DNA from: Alphaproteobacteria bacterium
Lineage (GTDB): Bacteria > Pseudomonadota > Alphaproteobacteria > SHVV01
Direction of reading: 5' to 3'
Length of the DNA: 64,000 nt
NCBI GenBank assembly: GCA_965261735.1
Contig: OZ253470.1
Location: 3,904,001 to 3,968,000, forward strand
The position numbers were made by a program, and so were the translations under genes. The first letter of the stretch is position 1. The number at the start of each line of letters is the position of its first letter. Shown piece by piece: positions 48,872 to 58,421 of this stretch. Below the pieces are notes generated by a model. It saw only the letters and a list, made by a program, of their open reading frames with translations. It did no database searches and was not told the DNA's origin.

Positions 48872-49699
48872 ATGAAGATCAGTTTCGCCGACATCGACGG
48901 CGTCAAGACCCGCTTCTACCATGAAGGGAGTGGACCGGCGCTCCTGCTGATCCATGGGCTCGGCGGCACCGGCGACATGTGGATCCGCAATATCGACGTC
49001 CTGGCCGAGAGCCACACTGTCTACGCCCCCGATCTGTTGGGCCATGGCTACACCGACGCGGTCGACTTCAAGGGCGAGCCGCCTCAGGCCTGCAAGGTCC
49101 GCCACCTCGGCAAGCTGCTCGACCATGTCGGCGCCGAAAGATTCAGCGTCGGCGGTTCCTCCTACGGTGCTCTGCTCTCGGCGCTCGTCTATTTCGACCG
49201 GCCCGACCAAGTCGACAAGCTCATCCTGATCGGCAGCGGCTCGACCTTCCACACGGCCGAGGAGACCAAGAAGACGATCCAGGCGGCGGCCGCCAATGCG
49301 GCGACGGCGATGGTCGACCCGACACTCGAGTCCGTACGCAACCGCCTATGCAACATCCTCCACGATCCGGCGAGCGTACCCGAGGAGCTGGTGCACGCGC
49401 AGCTCACCTCCTACGCCTATCCCGACCGCATCGACGCCTACAAGCGCACCGCCGACGGCCTCCTGGCAACCGCCGATTCGGAGGAGTTCCGGGTCTACTC
49501 GCGCCTCGAGGAGATCGCGGTGCCGACGCTGGTCATCACCGGGCGCGAGGACATCCGCGCCTCGTGGGAGCGCGCGCAGGAAGGCTCCAAGCGGATCCCG
49601 AACTGCGATTTCCACATCTTCGAGAAGTGCGGCCACCTGCCGATGTCGGAGCACCCGGACAAGTTCAACGACCTCACACTCAAGTTCCTCGCCGGGTAA
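48872..49699 (+). CDS. Alpha/beta hydrolase (meta-cleavage-hydrolase-like)
   Basis: LLLIHG, GSSYG nucleophile elbow, GRED, CGH. Confidence 0.88.
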   Translation: MKISFADIDGVKTRFYHEGSGPALLLIHGLGGTGDMWIRNIDVLAESHTVYAPDLLGHGYTDAVDFKGEPPQACKVRHLGKLLDHVGAERFSVGGSSYGALLSALVYFDRPDQVDKLILIGSGSTFHTAEETKKTIQAAAANAATAMVDPTLESVRNRLCNILHDPASVPEELVHAQLTSYAYPDRIDAYKRTADGLLATADSEEFRVYSRLEEIAVPTLVITGREDIRASWERAQEGSKRIPNCDFHIFEKCGHLPMSEHPDKFNDLTLKFLAG

Positions 49700-49743
49700 G
49701 GGCGGGCCGGCCCGCGCCGGCCCGCCCCGGGGCCGGCCGGAGA

Positions 49744-50238
49744 CTAAACCTCGACGCCAGCCGACGGGGTCGGATCGTGCGCGGTGGTTCCCATCAGCGC
49801 GAGCTGGCTGCGAAGGATGGCGAACGCGCGTTCGGCGGCCAGCACCTGGGCTTCGATGCGCGCCCGCGCCGCGCGGTCGATGCGGCCATCGTTCATATCC
49901 CTCTCGACCTCGCGCAACACCCCCACACTCTGCGCCACCGCGTCGATGGCGTCACGCATGAGTCCTGCATTGCGCCTGGCGTTGAGCACCTTGGGGCGTG
50001 GCACGGCCATGAAGGATGTGTTGGCGAGCAGACAATCCGCGAGACGCAGATCGTCGAGCTCCCGAATGAGCGCATTCACCTCGGCTGGCCTGAAGGGGAT
50101 GCGCCCGATGATGCGCGCATGAAGGGTGGCGTATTTCATGCCGAGCGCCCGCGCCACATCGGCGACCGGTTTCATCTTCTCGACGACGAGAAGGCGGTGA
50201 GTGACGCCGGCGAATCCCTCTCTGCGCTTGGCCACCAT
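49744..50238 (-). CDS. HTH regulator, phage CII-like
   Basis: VADVARALGMKYATL HTH; C-terminal D..DGRID..RARI pattern. Confidence 0.6.
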   Translation of the reverse strand: MVAKRREGFAGVTHRLLVVEKMKPVADVARALGMKYATLHARIIGRIPFRPAEVNALIRELDDLRLADCLLANTSFMAVPRPKVLNARRNAGLMRDAIDAVAQSVGVLREVERDMNDGRIDRAARARIEAQVLAAERAFAILRSQLALMGTTAHDPTPSAGVEV

Positions 50239-50300
50239 CCGCGTGCTCCCGGTGCCGTGCCCGTAGTCACTCAAAGTATAGGGGCACACCCGGGGCGAAA

Positions 50301-50510
50301 TTGATTTGGATCAGGCCACCAGATCGCCGCGTTTCGGCTAGTCGCGTTCCGTTCGCAAGATCACCCACGTTTGGCGGCGGCGGTCTCAACTACGCGTTGA
50401 CGACCGAGGAAGGACAACTCGTTTCTGGGCCCGAGCCCGCCACCCTCGCGCTGTTCGGTTTCGGCCTCGCCGGGCTGAGCATTGCCCTGCGGCAGCGCCG
50501 GCGGACCTAG
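50301..50510 (+). pseudogene. PEP-CTERM protein C-terminal remnant
   Basis: GPEPATLALFGFGLAGLSIALRQRRRT*; no signal peptide; only a weak TTG start. Confidence 0.7.
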
Positions 50511-50523
50511 TCGGCCGGCCGGT

Positions 50524-51840
50524 CTAACGCTCGCGGAGCGCGTTCTCGCGGGCGCGCAGGACGGGCTTCAGGAGGTAGTCGAGCACGCTCTTCTTGCCGG
50601 TCAGAATATCGACCTGCGCGACCATGCTGGGGATGATCGGCAAGGGCTTTTCCGCGCTGCCGAGATGGTTCTCGGCCGTGCGCACGCGGATCTGGTAGAA
50701 GCTCTCGCCCTGCTCGTCGACGATGGTGTCGGCGCTGATGTGTTCGAGCTTGGCCGGCAGCGCGCCGTAGGATGCGAAATCGTAGGCGGTGATCTTGACC
50801 TTGGCGTCCTGGCCCGGCCTGAGAAAGGCGATGTCGGCCGGACGGATGTGTGCCTCGACCAGCAGGTTGTCCTCGAGCGGTACGATCTCGATGAGATCCA
50901 TGCCGGGCTTGATCACGCCTCCTATGGTGTTGATCTTGAGCTGCTTGACCGTGCCGTAGACCGGCGAACGCACGTCGGTGCGGGTGACGCGGTCCTCGAC
51001 CGCGGTAATCGCCTCGGCCAGCACCTTCAGCCGCAGCTCGGATTCGCCGAGCTCGGCCTGGGCCGCGCTCCGAAAGGTCGCGCGCTCCTCCTCGATACGC
51101 CGGGCGACCTCGGCCAGCGCCGAGCGCGAGCGCGGCATCGCCAGCCGCGACGCCTCCGCTTCGCCCACGAGGCCGCTAATTTGCCGCTGCAGCCGTAGCA
51201 GCTCGATCTTGGCGGTCACCCCCTTCTCGACCATCGGGGTCAGGATGGCGAGTTCCTCGCGAGCGAGCCCGATGCTGTCCTCGAGCTGATTAACGCGGCT
51301 CTCGAGCTCGACGAACTCCTGGCGCCGCTGATCCGCCTGGCGCGCGAACACCGCCACGGCCGAGTCGAGCTCGGCCAGGCGGGCCCGATAGAGCGCCGAT
51401 TCACGGGCAATGAGATCGTCGTGACCGTCGAGCTCCGGCGGGTATTTGGGCTTGCGGCCACGGGCCTCGGCGTAGAGGCGGGCGATCTTGGCGACCTGCG
51501 CGAGATAACGCGCCCGGTTCTCGCGGTAGGCCGACGCGGCGCCGGTGTCGTCGATGCGGAGCAGGAGCTGGCCTTCCTCGACGACCTCGCCCTCACGGAC
51601 GAGGATGCCCGAAAGGATGCCGCCCTCGAGGTTCTGGACTACCTGCACCTGGCTCGACGGAATGACCCGACCCTGGCCCGAGGTTACCTCGTCGAGGGTG
51701 GCCCACGCCGCCCACCCCACGGCGGCGGCGAAGAACAGCGCGATGGCGTAGAGCAGCAGATTGGCCGACAGGCGCGGGCCCCGCATCGCCTGCGCCTTGA
51801 GATCGGCGGCGTATTCGGTGTCCTTGCGGCGCGTGAACAC
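50524..51840 (-). CDS. T1SS membrane fusion protein (HlyD/LapC-like)
   Basis: WA.LDEVT.G.G.VIPS, RSPV.G.V, DFA.YG, TGKKSVLDYLLKP. Confidence 0.93.
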   Translation of the reverse strand: MFTRRKDTEYAADLKAQAMRGPRLSANLLLYAIALFFAAAVGWAAWATLDEVTSGQGRVIPSSQVQVVQNLEGGILSGILVREGEVVEEGQLLLRIDDTGAASAYRENRARYLAQVAKIARLYAEARGRKPKYPPELDGHDDLIARESALYRARLAELDSAVAVFARQADQRRQEFVELESRVNQLEDSIGLAREELAILTPMVEKGVTAKIELLRLQRQISGLVGEAEASRLAMPRSRSALAEVARRIEEERATFRSAAQAELGESELRLKVLAEAITAVEDRVTRTDVRSPVYGTVKQLKINTIGGVIKPGMDLIEIVPLEDNLLVEAHIRPADIAFLRPGQDAKVKITAYDFASYGALPAKLEHISADTIVDEQGESFYQIRVRTAENHLGSAEKPLPIIPSMVAQVDILTGKKSVLDYLLKPVLRARENALRER

Positions 51841-51850
51841 GAACGCCGCC

Positions 51851-53422
51851 TCAGTGCCGTAGCATGGCGACGCGGCCCTCGGAGATCGCCTCGAGCACGG
51901 CCTGCTTGGGCCCGTCGGCGACGACGGCGCCGCGGTCGAGCACGATCAGGCGGTCGACGATCGACAGGAGCGATGTCCGGTGTGTGACCAGGAGGAGCGT
52001 CTTGCCGGGCAGGATCTGAGCGAGGCTTTCCTTGAGCAGCACCTCCGAGGCGTTGTCCATCGACCCCGTCGGTTCGTCGAGGACGATGATGGGTGGGTCG
52101 TGGATGAGGGCTCGCGCGACCGCGATGGCTTGGCGCTGGCCGCCCGAGAGCCCCTCGCCGCGCTCGCCCACGGGCAGATCGTAGCCGAGAGGATGGCGGC
52201 CGACGAACTCCTCGACGCCGGCCAGGCGCGCCGCCGCGAGAACCGCTTCGTCGCCGGCGTGGGGCGCCCCGATGGTGATGTTCTCGCGCACGCTGCCGCC
52301 GAAGAGGAAAACGTCCTGCGGAACGCAGCCGATGTTGCGGCGCAGGTCCACCGGATCGATCTGGCGCAGTTCGGTGCCATCGACCAGGATCGAGCCGCTC
52401 TCGGGTTCGTAGAGCCCGAGCAACAGCTTGTTGAGCGTGCTCTTGCCCGAGCCCACACGGCCGATGAGGCCGACGCGCTCGCCCGCGGCGACGCTGAACG
52501 AGACGCCGCGTAGCGCGGCCTCGGGTTGTCCCGCGTAAGTGAACGAGACGTTGCGGAACTCGATCGCGCCGGCAATGCGCGGCCGATGCAGGAACTGCTT
52601 GGCCGCGGGCCTTTCGACTGGACGCTTCATGAGGTCGTGCAACGCCTTGAGCGAGGTCCGCGCCTGGTTGACGCGGATCAGTAGTTGGGCGACCTGCGCC
52701 AACATGCCGACCGCGCGTCCGTTGAGAATGACGCAGGCAATGAGCGCCCCGACGGACAGGGCGCCATCGCCGATGAGCAGCACGCCGAAGAAGACGATGG
52801 CGATGAGCGAGAGTTGTTGCGCGGCGGCGGCGAAGTTGAGCGCGGTGACGGACAGCAGGCGTGCCCGCAGGCTCGACTTCGCGGCCAGGCCGACGTTGGT
52901 CTCCCATTTGTAGCGCATGCGCCCCTCGGCGCCGACGCTCTTGATGGTTTCGAGGCCGCCGAGCGTCTCGAACAGCACTCCGTGTTTGGCCTCGTTCTCG
53001 CGAAAGGCGCTGCGGATCACCGAGTTGAGCGGAATCTGGGTCATCACGCCGACCATCAGGACGGCCGGCACGGTGGCTGCCGGCACGAGCGCGAGCGGTC
53101 CGCCGATCAGCCAGATCACGCCGATGAAGAAGAACAGGAACGGCAGGTCGACGAGGGTGGCCAGCGTCGCCGAGGTGAACACGTCGCGCACGGTCTCGAA
53201 CTCGCGCAGCGTGTTGGCGAAAGCGCCGGCCGAGGCGGGGCGCGCGGCCATTTGGATATCGAGCACCTGGTCGAAGATGCGGCTCGCCAGCACGACGTCG
53301 GCGCGCTTGCCTGCGACGTCGATGTAGTAGCCGCGCAGCGAGCGGACCGCGAAGTCGAAGCTCACGACGATGGCCGCGCCGATCGCCAGCACCCACAGGG
53401 TATCGAGCGCGTTGTTGGGGAC
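51851..53422 (-). pseudogene. T1SS ABC permease/ATPase (LapB/LssB-like), 5'-truncated
   Basis: Homology starts at VPNNALDTLWVL; GRVGSGKST, LSGGQ and LDEPT are present; N-terminal domain and first TM are missing. Confidence 0.88.
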
Positions 53423-53605
53423 CAGCGTACGCTGCTCGATGTCCTCAACGTCGAGAACGAGCTGTTCGGGGCACGGGCCGCCGAGTGGGACGGCCGCGTC
53501 GCGTTGCTGGATGCGCATTTCCAGGTCCTGACCGCCATCGGCCGGCTGCTGAAAACGCTCGACACCTCGCTCGGCGGCGAGGCGCCGGCGCAAGCCTCAC
53601 CCTAG
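53423..53605 (+). pseudogene. TolC-family (LapE/AggA-like) outer membrane protein, last ~60 codons
   Basis: QRTLLDVLNVENELF.AR......FQVL.AIGRLL; ends at TAG 53603-53605. Confidence 0.75.
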
Positions 53606-54681
53606 TGGATTGATTCCAACGTTTGGAACCCTCTGTTTCGTGCGACGATGATATGATCGGGGTCGGCTTTCCAGATGAAGGGTTTTGGGTTTGCGTCATT
53701 GTATTCGCGGACAAATCGGTTGATGGCGGCCTGAAGGTCGACGACGGATTGGAAGACGCCGTATTTGAGCCTGCGCCGCGTTAGTTTGGCGAAGAAGCCC
53801 TCGACGGCATTGAGCCACGAGCACGAGGTTGGCGTGAAGTGGAAGGTCCAGCGTGGATGGCGGGCGAGCCAGGCGCGGACCTTGTCCTTCTTGTGCGCGG
53901 CGTAGTTGTCGAGGATGACGTGGACGGCCTTGTCCGTCGGCACCTCGCGCTCGATGCGGTTGAGGAAGCGGATGAACTCCTGATGGCGGTGGCGCTGCAT
54001 GTTCTGTGCGATGACCGTACCGTCCAGCACGTTGAGCGCGGCGAACAGCGTCGTCGTGCCATGCCGTTTGTAATCATAGGTCATCGTACCGGCGCGGCCC
54101 TTCTTCATCGGCAAGCCGGGTTGGGTGCGGTCGAGCGCCTGGATCTGTGATTTCTCATCAACCGACAGCACCACGGCATGGGCCGGCGGATCGACATACA
54201 AGCCGACGATATCTGTGAGCTTCTCGGCGAAGGCGGGATCATTGGAGAGCTTGAAGTGCCGCCAGCGGTGCGGGCTGAGGCCATGGGCCTTCCAGATCGC
54301 TTGGACCGTCGACGCCGCGACGCCAGCAACCTTCGCCATCGCGCGCAGCGTCCAGTGGGTCGCCTCGTGCGGCGGCGCTTGCTGGGTCAGGCGGACGATC
54401 TCGGCGACGCGCTCCGGCGGGATCGGCGCTTTGCCAGGCGGACGGGACCTGTCGCGAAGCAAGCCGTTGACACCCTCGTGCATGAACCGCTCCTGCCAGC
54501 GCCAGACACAGGTCTTGGACTTGCCGGTCTCGGCCATGATCGACGAGTTCCCGAGCCCCTCGTCGCTCTTCAGGATGATCCGCGCCCGCCAGACATGTTT
54601 CTGCGAGCTCTTCGGGTCCGCGACGATAGCTTGCAATCGCTGACGGTCGCCAGACGTGACAGTAAAATGGATGCCGGTGCG

Positions 54682-56075
54682 GGTTGTGTCTCGAAAGTGG
54701 TGGAAATTGGTTTTGGCGCCTCTCCGAGCGGGTTGAGTTTTGCGGCGGTCAGGCTGCGCGGTCAAGGGTTTCGTCGGCGATTAGCTGATCGAGGGTTTCC
54801 CATCCATCGACTTTGCGCATCTGGATTTGGCCGGAAGCGAGGAGTGCCCAGAGGAGCATCGGCACTGTTTCGGGACACGGCAGCACGGTCTGTGTTTTGA
54901 TCCGGCGCTTGAACTCCTCGTTGAGACGCTCAATGGCGTTGGTCGTTCGGGCTGATTTCCATTGGCTCTTGGACAGGCGCGTGAAGGTAAAGAGCTTGTC
55001 GCCCGCTTCTGCGAGGCTGTCCGCGACGGCCCTGCATTTCAGCCGCCACTTGCGGACAAACGCCTTGCGGCGGGTTTCCACCTCGGAGGCAGTGTCGGCA
55101 TAGATCATATCGCGGTAATCTTCGCTCAGCTCGTCATGCATGTGTTTGGGAGCATGACCCAGAAGGTTGCGGTGCTTGTGCACGGTGCAGCGTTGAACGG
55201 GAAGGTCATCGCCCCAAAGCGCCGACAGAGCCGCCTCCAGTCCCGGCGCGCCATCGACGATGACAAACCCGGGCCGTTTCAGTCCACGCGCATCAAGGTC
55301 GTCGAGGAACTGGCGCCACGCCGCCTGGCTTTCTCCGCCCATATTCCCGATCGAAAGCAAGACCTTCTGGCCATCCCGGCGCACCCCTATAGCCGCGAGA
55401 ACCGAGATGTTGGTGGCCTTGCGGTCCAGTCGGGTCTTGATCACAGTGCCGTCAAGGATCAGCCGAACGATATCCTCATCCGCGAGGCCACGGCTGCACC
55501 AGGCGTCCCAATCGACCTTCACCTTGCGCCACGCCCGGCTCACAACGTCCTTGCTCACAGCACCCCGGAAGAGCCCGAACAGCGCGCGTTTCACCCGCCG
55601 CGTGTTGGTTCCGGACAGATACACCGAAGCGATCAGCGCCTCGGCCTTTCTGGTCAGCCGCTGGTAGCGCGGCAGCGCCCGCGAACGCCATTCCGACGCC
55701 CGACCGTCTTCCTCAACGATCCGCGCACGCGGCACGCTCACCCTCTCGGTCCCGAATGTCCCCGTCAGTTGCCGCTCCCGGTGCCCGTTCCGATACCCTT
55801 GCCGAAGCGCGTCCTCTCGACCGTATCGGCAGCGCCCGAGAAACTGCGCAAGTTCCTCCTCAAAAACGGCCTCGATCGTGGATCTGATGTTCTCCCGCAG
55901 CCGGTCCTCGAGCGGATCATAGCCGGCGTCATTGGCCAGTAGCGAAAGCGCGGAAGTCTCGGTAGTGTTCTTCATGGCGTGATCTCCTTGGCGGTGCTAG
56001 CCGCCGATTGGGTGGTTGTCTTGTCACCCGGAGATTACGCCATCCTCAAATTTCCACCACTTTCGAGACACAGCC
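54682..56075 (-). mobile_element. IS256-family element
   Basis: Inverted repeats GG(T/C)TGTGTCTCGAAAGTGGTGGAAATT; 9-bp target duplication GCCGGTGCG (54673-54681 and 56076-56084). Confidence 0.95.
54749..55975 (-). CDS. IS256 transposase
   Basis: GYRNG, LILDG, VDGAPGL, QRCTVH, RTTNAIERLNEEFKRR. Confidence 0.95.
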   Translation of the reverse strand: MKNTTETSALSLLANDAGYDPLEDRLRENIRSTIEAVFEEELAQFLGRCRYGREDALRQGYRNGHRERQLTGTFGTERVSVPRARIVEEDGRASEWRSRALPRYQRLTRKAEALIASVYLSGTNTRRVKRALFGLFRGAVSKDVVSRAWRKVKVDWDAWCSRGLADEDIVRLILDGTVIKTRLDRKATNISVLAAIGVRRDGQKVLLSIGNMGGESQAAWRQFLDDLDARGLKRPGFVIVDGAPGLEAALSALWGDDLPVQRCTVHKHRNLLGHAPKHMHDELSEDYRDMIYADTASEVETRRKAFVRKWRLKCRAVADSLAEAGDKLFTFTRLSKSQWKSARTTNAIERLNEEFKRRIKTQTVLPCPETVPMLLWALLASGQIQMRKVDGWETLDQLIADETLDRAA

Positions 56076-56283
56076 GCCGGTGCGCATAGCACAGACTCGC
56101 ATGACACCGCACAATACGGAATCTCAAATCGGACTCTTTCGTTCCGATCAATCCACTAGCGACCTACTCCAGCCATCGTTGAACGCCGCGCGGGGCGCGG
56201 GGCACTCGCGCGCCGTGGGGTGGCGGCGTTATGCTAAAATAGTGGGCGGCGCGAGGCGGCGCGGCGCCATGCCGGGTAGACCG

Positions 56284-56910
56284 ATGTCAACCCTCAAGGA
56301 CAAGAAGCTCATCCACCTCTTCTCCACTCCCATCATGGAGTATCGGTGGGAGGACTCGGACGACCTCAACCGGCGCCTCACAGACGTCATCCTCGAAAAG
56401 GAGCGCGCCTCCGGCGGCAAGGTCATGAGCAACGTCGGGGGGTGGCACTCCGAGGCGAATTTCGAGCAATGGGCGGGGGACGCGGGCCAGGAGCTCATCC
56501 ACCGGGTCGGCACCCTGGTCAATCACGCGACCCGGGAGTACTACAAGCTCTACGGCGGCAAGGAGGCCATTCGCTGGCGCCTCACGTTGTGGGCCAACGT
56601 CAACCGCGACGGCGACTTCAATCAGGGTCATATCCACCCCGGCGCGACGTGGTCGGGCGTCTACTACGTCGACGCGGGCGCGCCGAGCGCGGATCGAAAC
56701 GACAACGGCGTTCTGGCGCTGGCCCACACCGGCGCCGCGGCCGCGATGGTGTTCTTTCCGGAGATCACGCCTCACCGCCACGTCATCGTGCCGCAGTCCG
56801 GGCTCATGGTTCTGTTTCCGAGCTACTTGTCCCACCAGGTTTACCCCTACTGGGGGGACCGGCCGCGTATCTCCATCGCCTACAACATCAAGCGCGAAAA
56901 GATCACCTGA
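56284..56910 (+). CDS. Putative 2OG-Fe(II) oxygenase (TIGR02466-like)
   Basis: LFSTPI, SNVGGWHS, WAN, HIH...WSGVYYV, FPSYL.H.V, RISIAYN. Confidence 0.85.
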   Translation: MSTLKDKKLIHLFSTPIMEYRWEDSDDLNRRLTDVILEKERASGGKVMSNVGGWHSEANFEQWAGDAGQELIHRVGTLVNHATREYYKLYGGKEAIRWRLTLWANVNRDGDFNQGHIHPGATWSGVYYVDAGAPSADRNDNGVLALAHTGAAAAMVFFPEITPHRHVIVPQSGLMVLFPSYLSHQVYPYWGDRPRISIAYNIKREKIT

Positions 56911-56928
56911 TTGTCCCCATCATCGCTC

Positions 56929-58074
56929 ATGCCGGGCGCTCCGACAAACACCGGCCGGGATGGCGCTTCTGCCGCGGCAGTGGCATCCGCCCGCCGGGCG
57001 CGGGCGCCGGCCGCGACCCGGGCGGACTACAGGATCGGGTTGTGGCTCCTGCTGTGCGCGCTCCTGGTCCTGGCCATGGTCGTCCTCGGCGGCATAACCC
57101 GGCTCACCCAGTCCGGCTTGGCGATCGTCGAGTGGCAGCCGATCAGCGGCGTCGTGCCACCGTTGAGCGAGCGGGGCTGGGACGAGGCCTTCGCCAAATA
57201 CCGGGACTCGCCCGAGTACCGCCTGCGTAACCCCGACATGACGCTGGCGCAGTACCGGGCCATCTACTGGATCGAATATGGGCACAGGCTGCTCGGTCGA
57301 GTGACGGGCCTCGTGTTTGCCTTGCCGTTTCTCTATTTGCTGCTTGCGCGCCGGATCGGGCCCGGGCTCGCGCGCGCCCTGGCGGTGTTACTGGTCCTCG
57401 GTGCGGCCCAGGGAGTGCTCGGCTGGTTCATGGTGCAAAGCGGGCTCGTCGACCGACCCGAGGTGAGCCACTACCGGTTGGCCGCCCACCTCGGGCTCGC
57501 CGTGCTGCTCTACAGTGCCCTCCTGTGGCTGGCGCTGGGCCTGCTGCGACCGGGGTGGCGGTACTTGACGGAGGCCGCACCCCGCGTCCTGCGATACGCG
57601 GCCGCGGCCGCGAGCGCGAGCGCATTTCTGTTCCTTGTCATCCTCTCAGGGGGCCTCGTCGCAGGCCTCGATGCCGGCTTCGGCTACAACACCTTCCCGC
57701 TTATGGCGGATCGGCTGGTGCCGGAGGGTCTCTTGGGCGGTACCGGGTCGTGGCGCGACCCCTTCGAGGACGCCATGACCGTGCAGTTCGTGCACCGGGT
57801 CCTGGGGCTAGCGGCGCTTGTCGGCGTAGTGGGGCTGTGGCTGCGGCTCGGCGCGGCGGACGTTCCGCCGCACGCCTTCATCTGGCGCCATCTGCTCCTG
57901 GCCGCGGTCGTCGCCCAGGTCGCCCTGGGAATCCTCACCCTGCTGCTCGTCGTGCCGATTCCCCTCGCCGCAATCCACCAGACTGGGGCCCTGGTTGCCC
58001 TGTCGATGGGCCTGATCCTGACCCGCTCGCTTTGGCCCGGGCAGGCCGGCATCAGGCGGGCGACTCGCCCATGA
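56929..58074 (+). CDS. ctaA: Heme A synthase (COX15/CtaA type 2)
   Basis: GGITRLT.SGL.I.EW, EYGHRLLGR, YRLAAHL, YNTFPLM, QFVHR. Confidence 0.93.
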   Translation: MPGAPTNTGRDGASAAAVASARRARAPAATRADYRIGLWLLLCALLVLAMVVLGGITRLTQSGLAIVEWQPISGVVPPLSERGWDEAFAKYRDSPEYRLRNPDMTLAQYRAIYWIEYGHRLLGRVTGLVFALPFLYLLLARRIGPGLARALAVLLVLGAAQGVLGWFMVQSGLVDRPEVSHYRLAAHLGLAVLLYSALLWLALGLLRPGWRYLTEAAPRVLRYAAAAASASAFLFLVILSGGLVAGLDAGFGYNTFPLMADRLVPEGLLGGTGSWRDPFEDAMTVQFVHRVLGLAALVGVVGLWLRLGAADVPPHAFIWRHLLLAAVVAQVALGILTLLLVVPIPLAAIHQTGALVALSMGLILTRSLWPGQAGIRRATRP

Positions 58075-58391
58075 GCCATTGTTCCGTCTACATCACGGCC
58101 CCTAACCGGGACGAGGCGCTGGTGATCGGCCGCGCGCTCGTCGCCGCGCGGCTCGCCGCCTGCGCCAATCTGTTCGACGGAGTCCACTCTGTCTATTGGT
58201 GGGAGGGCACGCTCGAGGAAGCCGACGAAGTCGTGCTTATCGCCAAGACGCGCAGCGCCCTGCTCGATGAGATCATCACCAAGGTCAAGTCGCTGCATAG
58301 CGACAGCTGCCCGTGCATCGTCGCCTGGCCCATAGCGGCGGGCAACCCCGACTACCTCGATTGGATCGATGCCGAGACGGCGGCGCCGTGA
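58071..58391 (+). CDS. cutA: Divalent-cation tolerance protein CutA
   Basis: RLAACAN, SVYWWEG, AKT, LH...P, YLDWI. Confidence 0.92.
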   Translation: MSHCSVYITAPNRDEALVIGRALVAARLAACANLFDGVHSVYWWEGTLEEADEVVLIAKTRSALLDEIITKVKSLHSDSCPCIVAWPIAAGNPDYLDWIDAETAAP

Positions 58392-58421
58392 CGTCAGTCC
58401 CTTACGCCCGAGCCCGCCATC

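Larger units (their letters stand above)
53602..56087 (-). pseudogene. IS630 transposase split by IS256 after its start codon
   Basis: ATG at 56087, then RTGIHF resumes at 54681; DEKSQIQAL, HVILDNY, SWLNAVEGFF motifs. Confidence 0.88.
53602..56159 (-). mobile_element. IS630-family element interrupted by IS256
   Basis: Ends CTAGTGGATTGAT and ATCAATCCACTAG; CTAG (TA target) on both sides. Confidence 0.92.
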
